In this document: positions 47,241 through 60,000 of the stretch, one piece after another
Position numbering within the stretch: position 1 is the stretch's first letter
How the letters are laid out: each line of letters opens with the position of its first letter
Assembly: GCA_030390025.1 (NCBI GenBank)
Contig: CM059438.1
Location: 70,930,001 to 70,990,000, forward strand
Length of the DNA: 60,000 nucleotides
DNA from: Squalus acanthias
Taxonomy: Eukaryota
Direction: 5' to 3'
Translations under genes and position numbers: made by a program
Notes under the pieces: model-generated
What the model saw: only the letters and a program-made list of their open reading frames with translations
Told to the model about the DNA's origin: nothing
Databases searched by the model: none

Positions 47241-49429
47241 CGATGGCTCTCAAAGCCATTAAAAAGAAAATCACTGAATAATTCTCGTACAGCGATGGCG
47301 TTTGTTTAGCAGCCTGCTTTGCCCCAGCTTGAAACAGTGACTCCAGTGGTAAGAATAGCTGCACTCTCTGACAGACAAACGCCTTCTCAATCATTATTAT
47401 TGCTCAACTCAGCATTACCTACTTCCTTCACATTGGTGGTGTAAGAACCACATAAATTAGACTTGCAGTAAATTCTGTCTCGTTCCTACCAGGATTTGAG
47501 AGCTATGTGCAAAACCCAATTCACTATCGGTCATAGTAGTATTAAAGAGCAAGACTGGTAATAATATACAGAGAAAAAAATTCTACTGGCACTAACGCAA
47601 GATATGTAAACAGCAAGCTGAGGAATTGCCGATGCCAGTAAGAAATTATAGTTAGTGCTTGGTCAGACCTTCATAATCGTCATTCAATCCAGTATTGTTT
47701 ATTATTTTTAACCTCCTGTGAAACTTGTGGGGTCTTCACTGTCAGGGCACTTTGGCAATAAAGCGTTTCCTTTTGTGTTGTACTATGCGTTAGTTTTCTA
47801 GCTTTTCCTTATTCTCCTGCTCCAGTCTATAAATTTGACATCACTGACTCCTATGTTCCTCTCAACTCATTCATTGTAACCTTTTGCTCACCCGTCCTGA
47901 TGGGTTCCTTAAGATCTACACTGAAGAAACGCTCCAAGTGTCAGCCACTTTAATGGGTGGTGCCCTCTTATGTTACTGACTGTATCTGAACAAGAAACAG
48001 ACAGGCTTAAATTGCGTGACGAGGGAATGCCAGGCCTTTGACATGTGCGGCCCCTGACGGCAAGTGATGTCACGGGATTGGTGCACTGCTCACAACGCAA
48101 ACTCGGTTCATGCAATGGTGTGACCCCAACCATTTCAGGGATCATGTGAATCCTTAAACTTTAAGAAAAGCACCTAAATCACAACCTTAAGTACCATAGA
48201 AACTTGGTCTGCAGAGATTAACAATCTGACCTTTCAGAACTGCTACGCCCATGCTACCTAGAGCATAACCTTGTACGTAATAGTCCTTGTGAAGGATTTG
48301 TATATTTTTCCTAACTGGTACAAAATGTTTCATTTTGTAATTATTTGTGCACAAAAGTCAGGATTTTATAGCCCATTATTTTGAGCTAAAGTTAGTGGTA
48401 ACGAAACTCACATTTTGATTAATGTGAAGTGCAACATATAAAAGATTTGTTCAAGTCATTTTATAGATATATATGTGTGTGTGTTATATAAATAAAAATG
48501 TTCTCTATGGCTCTGAATTTATAAATTACAAAAATATACATTAAAACAAGGCTTTAAATACTCATGAAGGGACTGCATCAACTCTTTAGGGAAATGTTAA
48601 ACTGACTAACTATTTGCTCGAGCATTTAACACAAACGTGATGATTTTAAGTTGCAAAGCTTGGGTAGTATTTCTGGAATTTGTGAGGGGTCTTGTCTGGG
48701 CCTCCAGGAAGGGGCTTCAAGCTGTTTTGATACTTAGGAGAAGCCTATCCCTCACTCGCTCTGACTGAGTTGGTAGTTTTCTTGTTTTAATGAATAATTC
48801 TATGAATTAACACAATGGGATGAACTATTTGGTCATCAAGAGCAGGGAATTTCTCAACAAACTGCAAAAACTAGTTGGTTACTGGTAAGGAATAGTTGGT
48901 TGTATATAGTGTGTAAAAAAAAAAAAAAATCATAATTACATTGTTTTTTGGAACAAGAAAAGATCTTTGGGCCTAATAAGATCACAAGAGAGGTTTGGAT
49001 GAAAAGGGCCAGTTTGTTTGATCTTATCCTTCCAAAATACCCAGCCTTTTTTCATCCCATGACAGCATCTAGCTGTTTCTTAAATGAGTCAACTGTCCTG
49101 GCCTCAACTGCCCTAATCGGAAACCAAATGCTGATCACTCTCCATGTGAAGAAATAGTTCCTGATATCTGCCCTAAATTTTCCCTTTTCCACCCTAAATT
49201 GCTTGTTCTTCTGCTTTGGGGTATTGGTTCAGGTTCCCTTTTTCTATTCCGTTAAGCGTCTCTTTTTGAGGCTGAGCAGCACCAGTTCAAGTTGTTTCTC
49301 ACATTTCCTTTCCCTCCGACATTGTGGATCAGCTTTGTTGCTCTTTCCTGCACAGCTTCTAGGGCGGAGTCGGTCCCCTTGTGTTGCAATGACCAGAACT
49401 GTATGCAGGACACCTGGCGTGCCTGTTGT

Positions 49430-51045
49430 AGAATCATGGAAGTTTGTGGCACAGGAGGCCATTCGGCCCATCATGTCTGTGTCGGTCGAAAAAAGAGCTA
49501 TCCAGCCTAATCCCACTTTCCCGTATCCCGTATGCCTTCTTAACCACCTTATCTACCCGTCCTGCTATTTTCAGGGATCTGTGGACATGCACTCCAAGGT
49601 CCCTCTGTTCCTCTACACTTCTCAGTATCCTACCATTTATTGTGTATTCCCTTGCCTCGTTAGCCCTCCCCAAATGCATTACCTCACACTTCTCCGGGTT
49701 GAATTCCATTTGCCATTTTTCTGCCCACCTGACCAGTCCATTGATAACTTCCTGCAGTCTACAGCTTTCTTTCTCACTATCAACCACACAGCCAATTTTT
49801 GCATCATCTGCAAACTTCTTAATCATGCCCCCTACGTTGAAGTCTAAATCATTGATATATACCACAAAAAGCAAGGGACCTAGTCAATATTCCCTCTACT
49901 TTTTTTTTTGAGCGCGGTCTCTTAAAGCGGCAACAGCTTGTGAGCGGCCTGCACGAGACCTCTCGATTGCTGCATGGCCACGTGCCCGCGCACCTTAGGG
50001 GGAACATTGGACCTAGTATTGAGCCTGGTGGAATCCCACTGGAAACAGCCTTCCAGTCACAAAAACACCAGTTGACCATTGCCTTTTGCTTCCTGCCACT
50101 GAGCCAATTTTGGATCAAACTTGCCACTGTCCCTTGGATCCCATGGGCTTTTACTTTTCTGACCAATCTGCCATGTGGGACCTTGTCAAAAGCTTTGCTA
50201 AAATCCATGTAGACTACATCAAACGCACTACCCTCATCAACCCTCCTTGTTACTTGCTCAAAAAATTCAATCAAGTTAGTCAGACACAACCATCCCTTAA
50301 CAAATCCATACTGACTGTCTTTGATTAATCTGTGCTTTTCTAAATGACGATTTATCCTGTCCCTCAGAATTTTTTCCAATAATTTGCCCACTACCACGGT
50401 TATGCTGATTGGCCTGTAATTACTCGGTCTATCACTTTCTCCCTTTTTAAACAACGATACAACATTAGCAGTCCTCTGGCACCATGCCTGTAGCCAGAGA
50501 GGATTGGAAAATGATGGTCAGAGCCTTTGCTATTTCCTCCCTTGCTTCTCTTAACAGCCTGGGATATATTTCATCCGGACCTGGCGATTTATCTACTTTC
50601 AGAGATGCTAAACCCCTTAATATTTCCTCTTTCACTATGTTTATCTCCCTAATATTTCACACTCCTCCGCCTTAACTACAATGCCTGCATCATCTCTCTC
50701 TTTTGTGGATACAGACGCAAAATATTCATTAAGAACCATACCCATGTCTTCTGCCTCCACACACAGGTTACCTTTTTTGGTCTCTAATAGGCCCTACTCT
50801 TTCCTTATTTATCCTCTTGCTCTTTATGTAATTATAAAACATCTAAGGGTTTTCCTTGATTTTACTTGCCAATATTTTTTCCCTCTCTTTGCTTTCCTAA
50901 TTTCCTTTTTAATTTCACCCCTACACTTTCAATAGTCCTCTAGGCTTTCTGCAGTATTGAGCTCTCGGCATCTGACAAAAGCTTCCCTCTTTTTCTTTTT
51001 TTCCTTATCGTACCCTGTATGCTCCTTGACATCGAGGGGGCTCTA
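49430..51045 (-). mobile_element. CR1 RT fragment with internal deletion and hAT MITE insertion
   Basis: NYRPIS, DFSKAFDKVPH, YINDL, KFADDAK; the 3' tail is joined directly after KKAYG at ~49525. Confidence 0.92.
49885..50009. mobile_element. hAT-type MITE
   Basis: TIRs caatattccctcta / tagggggaacattg; perfect 8-bp TSD gacctagt; same family as 46913-47056. Confidence 0.9.
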
Positions 51046-51390
51046 GATTTGGATCTGTCCTGGTCACTATACATATTCAGCATGACCTTGGGGGATTTGA
51101 ACTCAATATAACCCAGCATCATATTTGATTTGGTTCATGCCACCTCACATTGTTTGCATATAATGAGCGTGGAGTTAACTAACATTACTTGCTCTCATCC
51201 CACTCCGTTCCCTTTTCCCAGCAAGTTCGAACCTACCTATGGAGTATCTGTACCTCCTATCTTTACTTCCACTATACAGTACCTTGCCTTTGTCTGTATT
51301 GAACATCATTTGCCATTGATCAGGCCAGGTGCAAACCCCTTTGAGCTCTTTAGAACAAAACAGCATCATGGCAACTTGCCAGCTACCAAT

Positions 51391-51843
51391 GAGCTGTGGC
51401 TCAGTGGTACTACTCTTACCTCTGAGTCAGAATGTTGTGGGTTCAAGTCCCACCCCAGAGACTCTAGCACAAAATCAAGGCTGACACTCCATTGTAGGAC
51501 TGAATGAGCACTGCACTGTCTGAAGTGCCGTTTTTCAGATGAGACGTTAAACCGAGGCCCCATCTGCCCTCTCAGGTGGTCGTATAAGATTCCATGGCAC
51601 TATTCGAAGAAGAGCAGGGGAATTCTCCCTGGTGTCCTGGCCAATATTTATCCTTCAACCAACCTCACTAAAAACAGAATATCTGGTCATTTATCTCATT
51701 GTTGTTTGTGGGAACTTGCTGTGTGCAAATTAGCTGCTGTGTTTCCTACAATACAACACTTCAAAAAAGGTATTTCATTGGCTGTAAAGTGCTTAGGGAT
51801 GTCCTGAGTTTGTGAAAGGTGCTATATAAATCCAAGTTCCTTT
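51391..51843 (+). mobile_element. Full-length Deu-domain SINE
   Basis: A-box tggctcagtgg, B-box ggttcaagtcc; body as in 31106-31540. Confidence 0.9.
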
Positions 51844-52935
51844 CATAGAATCATGGAATGATACAGTACAGAAGGAGGCCATTTGGCCCATCGTGCCTGT
51901 GGCTCTTTGGTAGAGCTATCCAATTAGTCCCACTCCCCTGCTCTTTCCCCATAGCCCTGTAAAGTTTTTCTTTTAAATATTTATCCAAATTTTATCTCTT
52001 TTGAATGTTACTATTGAATCTGCTTCACCACCCTTTCAGGCAGTGCATTCCAGATCACGGCAACTCGCTGCGTAATCCTCATCTCACCTCTGGTTCTTTT
52101 GGCAAATCACCTGAAGTCTGTGTTCTCTGGTTACTGACACTTCTGCCATTGGAAACAATTTCTCCTTATTTACTCTATCAAAACCGTTCATTATTTTGAA
52201 CATCTCTATTAAATCTGCTCTTAACCTTCTCTACTCTAAGGAGAACAACCCCAGCATCTCCAGTCTCACCACATAACTGAAGTCCTTCATCCCTGGTACC
52301 ATTCAAGTAAATCTCCTCTGCACCCTCTCGAAGGCTTTGACATGCTTCCTAAAGGGTGGTGCCCAGAATTTAACACAATACTCCAGCTAAGGCCTAACCA
52401 GTGGTTTTTATAAAGGTTTAGCATAACTTCCTTGCTTCTATACGCTATGCCTCTATTAATAAAGCCAAGGATACCACTGTGTACCTCCCTCTAGTCTGAA
52501 AAACAACTCTTCAACCCTACTCTCTGCTTTCTGTCCCTTAGCCAATTTTGTATCCATGCTGCCTCTGTCCCTTTAATCCCATGGGCTTTTACTTTGCTAA
52601 CAAGTCTATTATGTGGTAGTTTGTCAAACGTCTTTTGAAAGTCCATATCATCCGCAGTACCCTCATCAACCCTCTACATTACTACATCAAAGAACTCGAT
52701 CAAGTTGGTCAAACACGATTTGCCTTTAACAAATCCATACTGGCTTTCATTTATTAGCCCATACTTTTCCAAATGACAATTCATTTTGACCCGGATTATT
52801 GTCTCTAAAAGTTTCTCCACCACCGGCGTTATGCTGACTGGCCTGTAGTCGCCGGTTTTATCCCTCTCCCCTTTTTTAAACAGGGCTGCAACATTTGCTG
52901 TCCTCTGGCACCACCCCCATATCCAAGGAGGATTT
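51844..52935 (-). mobile_element. CR1 fragment with deletions
   Basis: catagaatcatggaa tail; RT similarity to 7817-8845 and 50010-50500. Confidence 0.85.
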
Positions 52936-54584
52936 ACTTAGCTAATTAACAGATTTTCTACTGGCAGACATTAGAATTTTATGTACACAGCAGATATCAA
53001 ATCGGAGCCCAATTCAAGATTCATCAGCAAGTTTTGACAAACCTTCTCACAGCACAAAGCTTGATGGTAACATCAGCTACCTGTATAAAGACTCCAATAT
53101 CTCTTTTCAGTGCCATCAATTTGATCTAATGTAGTTGACAACAAAACCAGCAGCATTTTTCACTTAGTTAACTCAGCCTCTTAGAAGCTGAACCTATGCT
53201 TTCAATGTCACGACCACCCTCCCACGACACTCGGTCCATCCTTGCCAGCAAGATTCTTGGCCTTAAAAAAAAGAAGGAGCAGCTGAAAATGAAACAAATG
53301 GCCTTTTTTTTTGTTCAGAATAGAAAATAGCTTTTGCAGCGTGATTTGTTTTAGACATATGGTAGAAATAGAATGGGAAACAGAATGGGGGGCTTTGTAC
53401 TGAGAAAATGCTTTGCCTGTGTGTGAGCCTGACCGTTCGAGGTCACTTGTGGGATATTTCCAGGAAGCCACAGACCTCCAGCTTGCACCCTATGTATTCC
53501 TGACACAGATATCATTCATTTGTGTGTATGTAATTAAAACATTAACAGAGCAGTCAGCCACAGCAAAATAACATCAGTTAATCTGCCCAGAACAGGCAAT
53601 TTGCTGTGGGGGTAGAATTGGGAAATAATGATGTTAAGGGCCCACTGATACTTTATGGTTTCACCACAGTTGCTGGAAACCACTTTGGGAAGAGAGGAAA
53701 AAAATGACATACACCTTAATAGTTTTACACTTCGTTCAGTGACTGCATATGCAAGACCTTGTCAACATTTCCTATCTAACCTTCTTGAGTTCTTTGAGCT
53801 GCACTCACTAACAGCCCTCAAAAACTTCATGGTGTTGAAGTCAAAAGGTGAATTATTTCGAGGGCTTCAGCAAAATGGACTTTCAAACTGAAAATGCTCC
53901 AGGCTCTCAATATTGTATAAGCTCCACATCCATCAGAGTGCATCAGTACGGAACATTTTCGTGGCTGTGAGCCTTTTCAGTGATATTTGTGTTAAAAACA
54001 ATACAAATTGCTGGGTTCACAATGTGTTGCCATCATTCTCAGCACACGTCTGTTGAAGCAATTTGGCAAAGTTCTAGCTGATCTTTCATAACTCGGGAGA
54101 CTGGGGTTTCGACCCTGGTTGCTCGCCTGGCCTGTCCCTTTAAGGCCACTGGTCAGGTGCTCTGCGGAGAAGTGACTTGCCTAGGCACATAATGAGGTCA
54201 AACAAAGGCTAATTACTGTCGCTGTTGGAACTTTTTCTAGATTGGCAGCTACTTGGTTCCTCCTCTTGCCAGCTTAGCTCAAGGCAAAGAAATTAGCAGG
54301 AAATGGTTGGCTTTCTTTTTTCATTTATTGCATTCTTTTTTTAAAGAATGTTCAGTTGCAATTTGTTGCTGTTTCCGATGAAGTGTGATGGACATGTCAA
54401 TTTTTTTTTTTGACATATGACAAATATATCAATATAAATTTTTTAATGCCTAGCATGGGGCCCACATAGGCCTTGTTGCAGAGATTTAGGCTGCAGAGAA
54501 ACCTGGTTCTTTTTACCTGTTTTTCTGGAAAAGTCAAAAGTTGAATATTTCAGTTTCACAGTGTTGCCCTAGACTAGTTCCTCA

Positions 54585-55019
54585 ACTGAGGACAGGTTGG
54601 AGAAGCTGGATTTGTTTTCATTCGACCAAAGGAGGTTGATGGGTGATTTGATAGAGGTGTACAAGATTATGATGGGTTTAGATAGGCTAGACGGGCAAAG
54701 GCAGGCTGTTCCCACTAGTTGATGGTACAAGGACTAGGGGACACAGATTTAAGGTTTTGGGCAAGAGATACAGGGGAGACGTGAGGAAAAACTTTTTTAC
54801 GCAGTGAGTGGTGAGGACCTGGAACTCGCTGCTGATGGAAGTGGTGGAAGCGGCGACACTCAATGTTTTCAAGGGGAGACTGGATAGGCACTTGAGGGAA
54901 ATAAACTTGCAGGGCTACGGAGATAGCGCGGGGGAATGGGACTGACTGGATTGCTCTACAGAGAGCTGGCACGGACTTGATGAGCCGAATGGCCTCCTTC
55001 GGTGCCGTTATGACTCTAT
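54585..55019 (+). mobile_element. CR1 3' end
   Basis: RLEKLDLFSF...GDLIEVYKIM; tatgactc tail continues at 55914 after a MITE. Confidence 0.88.
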
Positions 55020-55913
55020 GGGGGAAAAATTTGGTATCACCCCGTTTGGGGCGCCATTATCGGCCGTACACAAAGTTTAGCGCCTGGCGCTAATTATCGC
55101 CTCCGACTGCAAACTTGATTTTTATCGCCCCTGGAGGTGATTGGAGCGCTAAATCAGGCGCTACACTTCTGTCTTAAGGCGCAAAGGCCGAGGAGCGAGG
55201 CGCTACCTCAGAGCGCTGGCGAAGCTCATGTGATGTCAGTCAGCAATGGAACACAGACACACTGGCGCTGGCCAGTTCTTAAAGGGGAGGGTCGATCTTG
55301 CTCTACATCCACACCCTGCTCATTGCAGCCTTGAATCTCAGCCTGGAGAGACCTGTACATCAAATCTGTTGGAAAGAACAATGGAGAGGCCCAGGGAAAG
55401 AGCTCAGACTGCAGCCCCCATATTCTCTTCTAAATCGATGCAAGGAAGATCAAACCAGAAAGAACCTGCAAAGTGCTGCTCAGTACCCAAAACTCCTCAA
55501 CACAGCTTTGAATATCTCCTGCAGTCTCTCTCTCTCTCACTCAGAATGCGTGGTGCAAAAATTTCGCCAAAAAAAAAAGTCAGGAAGCGGTCGCCTTTAA
55601 ATAGCGCTCCCCCAGTCCCTTCCTGACTGCAAAACGCTCCCCTCAACCTGTCGTTGCTAGCGGCAGGCGGTAAGACAGGGGGCGCCACTCAATATCCAGT
55701 CCGGGGTGCTACCGGGGCGTTGCACTCTCGACTGATGTCACGATCGGCCGGCGCAGGAGATCGTGGCGGTAGTGTTTAGCGCTGCCGCAAAATGTCTGGT
55801 TAATTTCGTGAGTGGCGCAAAGATCGCCGCGCATGGGCGCTCGTTGCTTTGCACCCCATTAGCGCCCTCTTAAGGTGCTAATGGGAGGCGCAATCCAACT
55901 GAATTTTTCCCCC
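55020..55913. mobile_element. Harbinger-type MITE inserted into a CR1 tail
   Basis: TIRs gggggaaaaatt / aatttttccccc; TSD tat; CpG-rich subterminal agcgc/gcgct repeats. Confidence 0.88.
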
Positions 55914-57666
55914 TATGACTCTTGCTGGAGTATATCGCAAGGCATATATTATCTGTCATGTTGATAAACAAGCTCACTAGTTTTGTTGGGCCCTGTCTCT
56001 TAATTCTTTCCTTTTTTGAAATGTCTTCGTTAGATGGCATAGCAGCCAAAGCAGCTTGGGCTGCTTTATAGTACATTTCTCATTTATATGAGAATTTTTA
56101 AGGGCGCTGAGGTGGAGGACTACCTGTCACTGTTCAGCAAAGTAGTCAGATGCATATGGCTGTTGTTCTACATTGCTAGACGCCAGGTGGCCTTGAGTAT
56201 CCTCCTACTCTATGGTGGCAGGTTCATTTTTTATAAGGAGTGATTATTGAACGGCAGTGAGAAATGATATTGTAAACTGTGGAATCCAGCAATCCCCAGC
56301 TCATCTCATTATTGATCATGTGTCAAGCTACTATCTAAACAATTTAGGAAAGGATCTAAAATGTTTGCTCTCTACTCCTGAGTAAGGGAACCAGATGGAA
56401 ATTCAAAATGAGCGTCTTTTTGTACTTCCCTGCAGCCAAACACCTAAAATCATCTCGGAGTGTTTCTGAGCACAACATTCCATTTGGGAATTATGTAGAG
56501 AAATGTGAATCTTATGATCCCAATGCCATGGGCACAAGATTGACTTTTATTCGAGAACATTTTTAACAAAGCAATAATGGAAGGTTGTAGATGAGGGGAA
56601 AAGGTGCATTGAGTGGAATGCAAGAGCTTCCTGTCTCTGTGTAGGATCAACTACGTATTTTTCCACTGCCTGTAACCCATGCCATACAGTACAGCTAAAC
56701 ACATTGGTTCCTGAGGAGAGTTAAGACACCGTTTCCCCTGTCCCTATTCTCTCTCTCTCACACATAAGGCACCTTTATTTTTGCATTTGGTTCATCAATC
56801 CTGTTTCAGGCAAGTAACTTGTATGAACTTGCAGGGTCCTTCTTTAAATATGGAGATTGGGCTCGGATTACATCATTTGGGGGGTCATGACTTTTGGCTT
56901 TGCTGTGCTATGCACAGATGCCTTCTTTAATCTGACAGAAGATTCATAGGCCCACATTTTCATGGGCGTACGATCCTGTTGGCTCACAGGATCTTGGCCC
57001 CTTCACACTATGGAGTGCAGTCGACAGAGGGAGATCCTCTGGCTGAACCAATATGTATATCTGTGAACACACACACACACATTCCTAAGCCCATTCACCC
57101 TTTACACATCACCCAAGGAGGTGAAAATAGTCATCCTGGGTAAGTCAGAAAAATCAGACAAGAAACCAAATCTTACCACCGAGCCAACTATCTCTTTTAT
57201 CATTACACTAAACCTTTCTAGTTCCAGCCAGAAGATTAAAACAATTAATCAGCTACAGGTCAATTATACTTATTTACTCAGTGTTTGAATTGCTATTTTT
57301 TTTACCCAATCATTTGTGGTTTGGCAATCTTTGTCATCAAATCCCTTATATGCAACTTTTAGAAAGCTGACGGATCTTCGGGGAGCGTGTAGCCGCTGCC
57401 AAGCACTAAATACTCTTTGCAACTTTCAAACGCTACATGTTTACTCTCGTATAACATCTGGAAAAATGACTTTCTGTAACATTTCTGGTGGAATTACAAA
57501 AATGTGCACTGCCAGAAAGGTTTCTCTATATGCTATTCAAAATAAGCTGAAAATTATGATTTCTGCTTAAATTAAAATGTTAAATTCCGTCATCATTTTT
57601 TTTTTAACAATCAAAGTAGAGATAGCAAAGGACGGTGAGTAGACGATGCAAGGCATCTTGTTGTCA

Positions 57667-58110
57667 GCAGTGGCTCAGTGGTAGCACTCTCGCCTCTGAG
57701 TCAGAAGGTCATGGGTTCAAGCCCTTCTCCAGAGGCTTGAGTGCAAAATCTAGGCTGACACTCCAGCGCAGTACTGAGGGAGTGCTGCACTGTTGGAGAT
57801 GCCGTCTTTTGGATGATACATTAAACCGAGGCCCTGTCTGCCCCCTCAGGTTGAGCCAAAAGATCCCATGGCACTATTTTGAAGAAGAGCAGGGGCGTTC
57901 TCACTCATGTCCTAACTAATATTTATCCGTCAACCAACATCACTAAAAAACAGATGATCTAGTCATTATCACGTTGCTGTTTGTGGGACCTTCCTGTGTG
58001 CAAATTGGCTGCCGCGTTTCCTACATTACGACAGTGACTACGCTTCAAAAGTACTTAATTGGCTGTAAAGCGCTTTTGGACATCCTGAGACCATGAAAGG
58101 CGCTAAAAAA
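57667..58110 (+). mobile_element. Full-length Deu-domain SINE
   Basis: A-box tggctcagtgg, B-box ggttcaagccc; body as in 31106-31540. Confidence 0.9.
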
Positions 58111-58513
58111 TACAAGTCTTTTTTCCTCAGCTGAAACTATATACATCTTCACAAGGAATATGCTTACAGGGTATGATACGGAGCTGGCACATGGAGAGTT
58201 AAGTGTATGTTGCAGAAATGTATAGATAGTCATCACAATAATGTGTTATCATATGTTAACCGATTATGTCTACACTGTCTCACTGTTTCCCAATTTGAAG
58301 ACTGACCGCAAATTCCCGTCAGATTTAGACTATACATGCTTATGTAGCATTTTAAGTAATAGCCATTAAAGGGGCGTTGTTGTCTAGCGCAGTGTCAATA
58401 AGACACTTTATTAGGGTTGTAGACCCAGCAATCCACAAGGACACAATGACTTCTTCACAGCACCACTCACATCTGCTGCTATATTTTTAAAAGAACCTTA
58501 TGTGAACATTTTA

Positions 58514-59040
58514 GGGGTGATTTTTAACCCTGCCTTGGGACGTTTTACTTCTTAAAGGTGCTATATAAATGCAATTAATTGTTGTTGCCCACCTAGTGGA
58601 AACCATTTGTCCTGGAGATTCAGCCGCCAACGTGCTGCTCTCTTCCCACAGGCTATGATGTTAACCTGCTGTTCAGAGCAGGCGAGAAGGACAACTGCTG
58701 GAAAGCGGTGAGGTCCTTCTTTAAATATGCAGATTGGACACCGATGACATCATTAGGGTCTGTCTGCTATGTTAACGATGAGCCTGAGCGGGAAAGCCCT
58801 TCTGTCTTTCCCAACGCGTCAACTTAGCGGGAGGAGGAGCTGGGGCCAAAAGATCCCAAAGAGGACCTTTTTATACTTTCGTTTTTTACTTTCCTTGTGG
58901 GGCCAAGTGGAGCAGGAACTTTTAGTTTATGCTTCTCTGAATTTTCCTCTCTTGCATTTTTGAAGTTGCAAGCATATTTTCTGACATATTCTTCCATCAC
59001 TGTGTTGAAACAAAGCTGCAACACACAGTCTCCAACTCTA
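58514..59040. mobile_element. Harbinger-derived MITE fragment with a nested L2 tail (58533-58587)
   Basis: Start ggggtgatttttaaccc; internal similarity to 40306-40680. Confidence 0.55.
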
Positions 59041-59044
59041 ACCC

Positions 59045-59927
59045 AAAGATAGGCGGCATTGTTAGCAGTGTAGATGGAAGCATAAAATTACAAAGAGCTA
59101 TTAATAGATTAAGCAAAACTGTGGCAAATGGATTTCAATGTAGGCAAATGTGAGGTCATCCACTTCGGACCTAAAAAGGATAGAACAAAGTACTTTCCAA
59201 ATGGTGAAAAGCTAGAAAAAGTGGAGGTCCAAAGAGACTTGGGGATCCAGGTACATCGACCATTAAAATGTCACAGACAGGTACAAAAATTAATCAAAAT
59301 TGCTACTGGAATGCTCGCCTTTATATCGAGAGGACTAGAATACAAGGGGGTAGAAGTTATGCTATAGCTATACAAAGCCCTGGTTAGACCACACCTAGGG
59401 TACTGTGAGCAGTTCTGGGCACCGCACTTCAGGAAGGATATATTGGCCTTGGAGAGAGTGCAGCGTAGATTTACTAGAATGACACCTGGACTCCAAGGGT
59501 TAAGTTACGAGGAGAGATTACACAAACTAGGGTTGTATTCCCTGGAATTTAGAAGGTTAAGGCGTGATTTGATCGAAGTTTTCAAGATATTAAGGGGAAC
59601 TGATAGAATAGATAGAGAGAAACTATTTCCGCTAGTTTGGGTGTCTAGGACTAGGAGACATAGTCTAAAAATTTGATCCAGGCCTTTCAGGAGTAAATTT
59701 GGGTAACACTTCTACACACAAAGGGTGGTAGAAGTTTGGAACACTCTTCCACAAACAGCAATTAATGCTAGGTCAATTGTCAATTTTAAATCCGAAATTG
59801 ACCAAAGGTATTAAGGGATACGGGGCAATGGCGGGTGTATGGATTTAGGTCACAGAGCAGCCATGATCTCATTGAATGGCGGAACAGGCTCGAGGGGCTA
59901 AATGGCCTACTCCTGTTCTTATGTTCT
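59045..59927 (+). mobile_element. CR1 3' fragment
   Basis: WQMDFNVGKCEVIHFG, ALERVQRRFTRM, RRLRRDLIEVFKIL; tail ggcctactcctgttcttatgttc. Confidence 0.93.
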
Positions 59928-60000
59928 GAACCCATTCTTTTCTAGGACCTCAAATCTGTCGAACTCCTGACTTGCACCTCTCTTTCCTTCCTCTGACAAA

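Larger units (their letters stand above)
48960..51360 (-). mobile_element. Old CR1 3' fragment (48960-49429, 51050-51360) hosting a younger CR1
   Basis: Peptides ALEAVQERATKLI and WPDQWQMMFNTDK. Confidence 0.65.

Noticed and set aside
57176..57207. 31-nt minus-strand micro-exon before a gtaaga donor
   Set aside because: Weak acceptor and no independent support; indistinguishable from chance.

Overview
This is a 60 kb window of vertebrate nuclear DNA, most likely from a cartilaginous fish (shark-like), judged from its repeat repertoire. It is mostly intronic or intergenic sequence filled with mobile elements. These include a near full-length CR1 LINE with an intact zinc-finger/coiled-coil/SGNH-esterase ORF1 and a broken ORF2 (1-3270, minus strand). 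There are also many CR1 and L2 fragments, a young 5'-truncated RTE LINE, degraded L1-like remnants, tRNA-headed Deu-domain SINEs and LF-SINE-like relics. DNA transposons include two copies of a deleted Harbinger/PIF element carrying a Myb/SANT-like remnant, plus many MITEs with identifiable TIRs and TSDs; nesting is frequent. Host-gene signal is sparse and I could not name any gene. What I can support is: (i) a probable minus-strand terminal exon starting at 18920 with a ~6 kb U-rich 3' UTR ending at an AATAAA at 12894-12899; (ii) a divergent pair of ZNF143/SBS motifs at ~11955-12015 that looks like a bidirectional promoter; (iii) a few candidate minus-strand exons downstream of that promoter. 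No prokaryotic genes, CRISPR arrays, rRNA or bona fide tRNA genes were seen. Repeat-family names come from my recollection of consensus sequences and need a Dfam/Repbase check.
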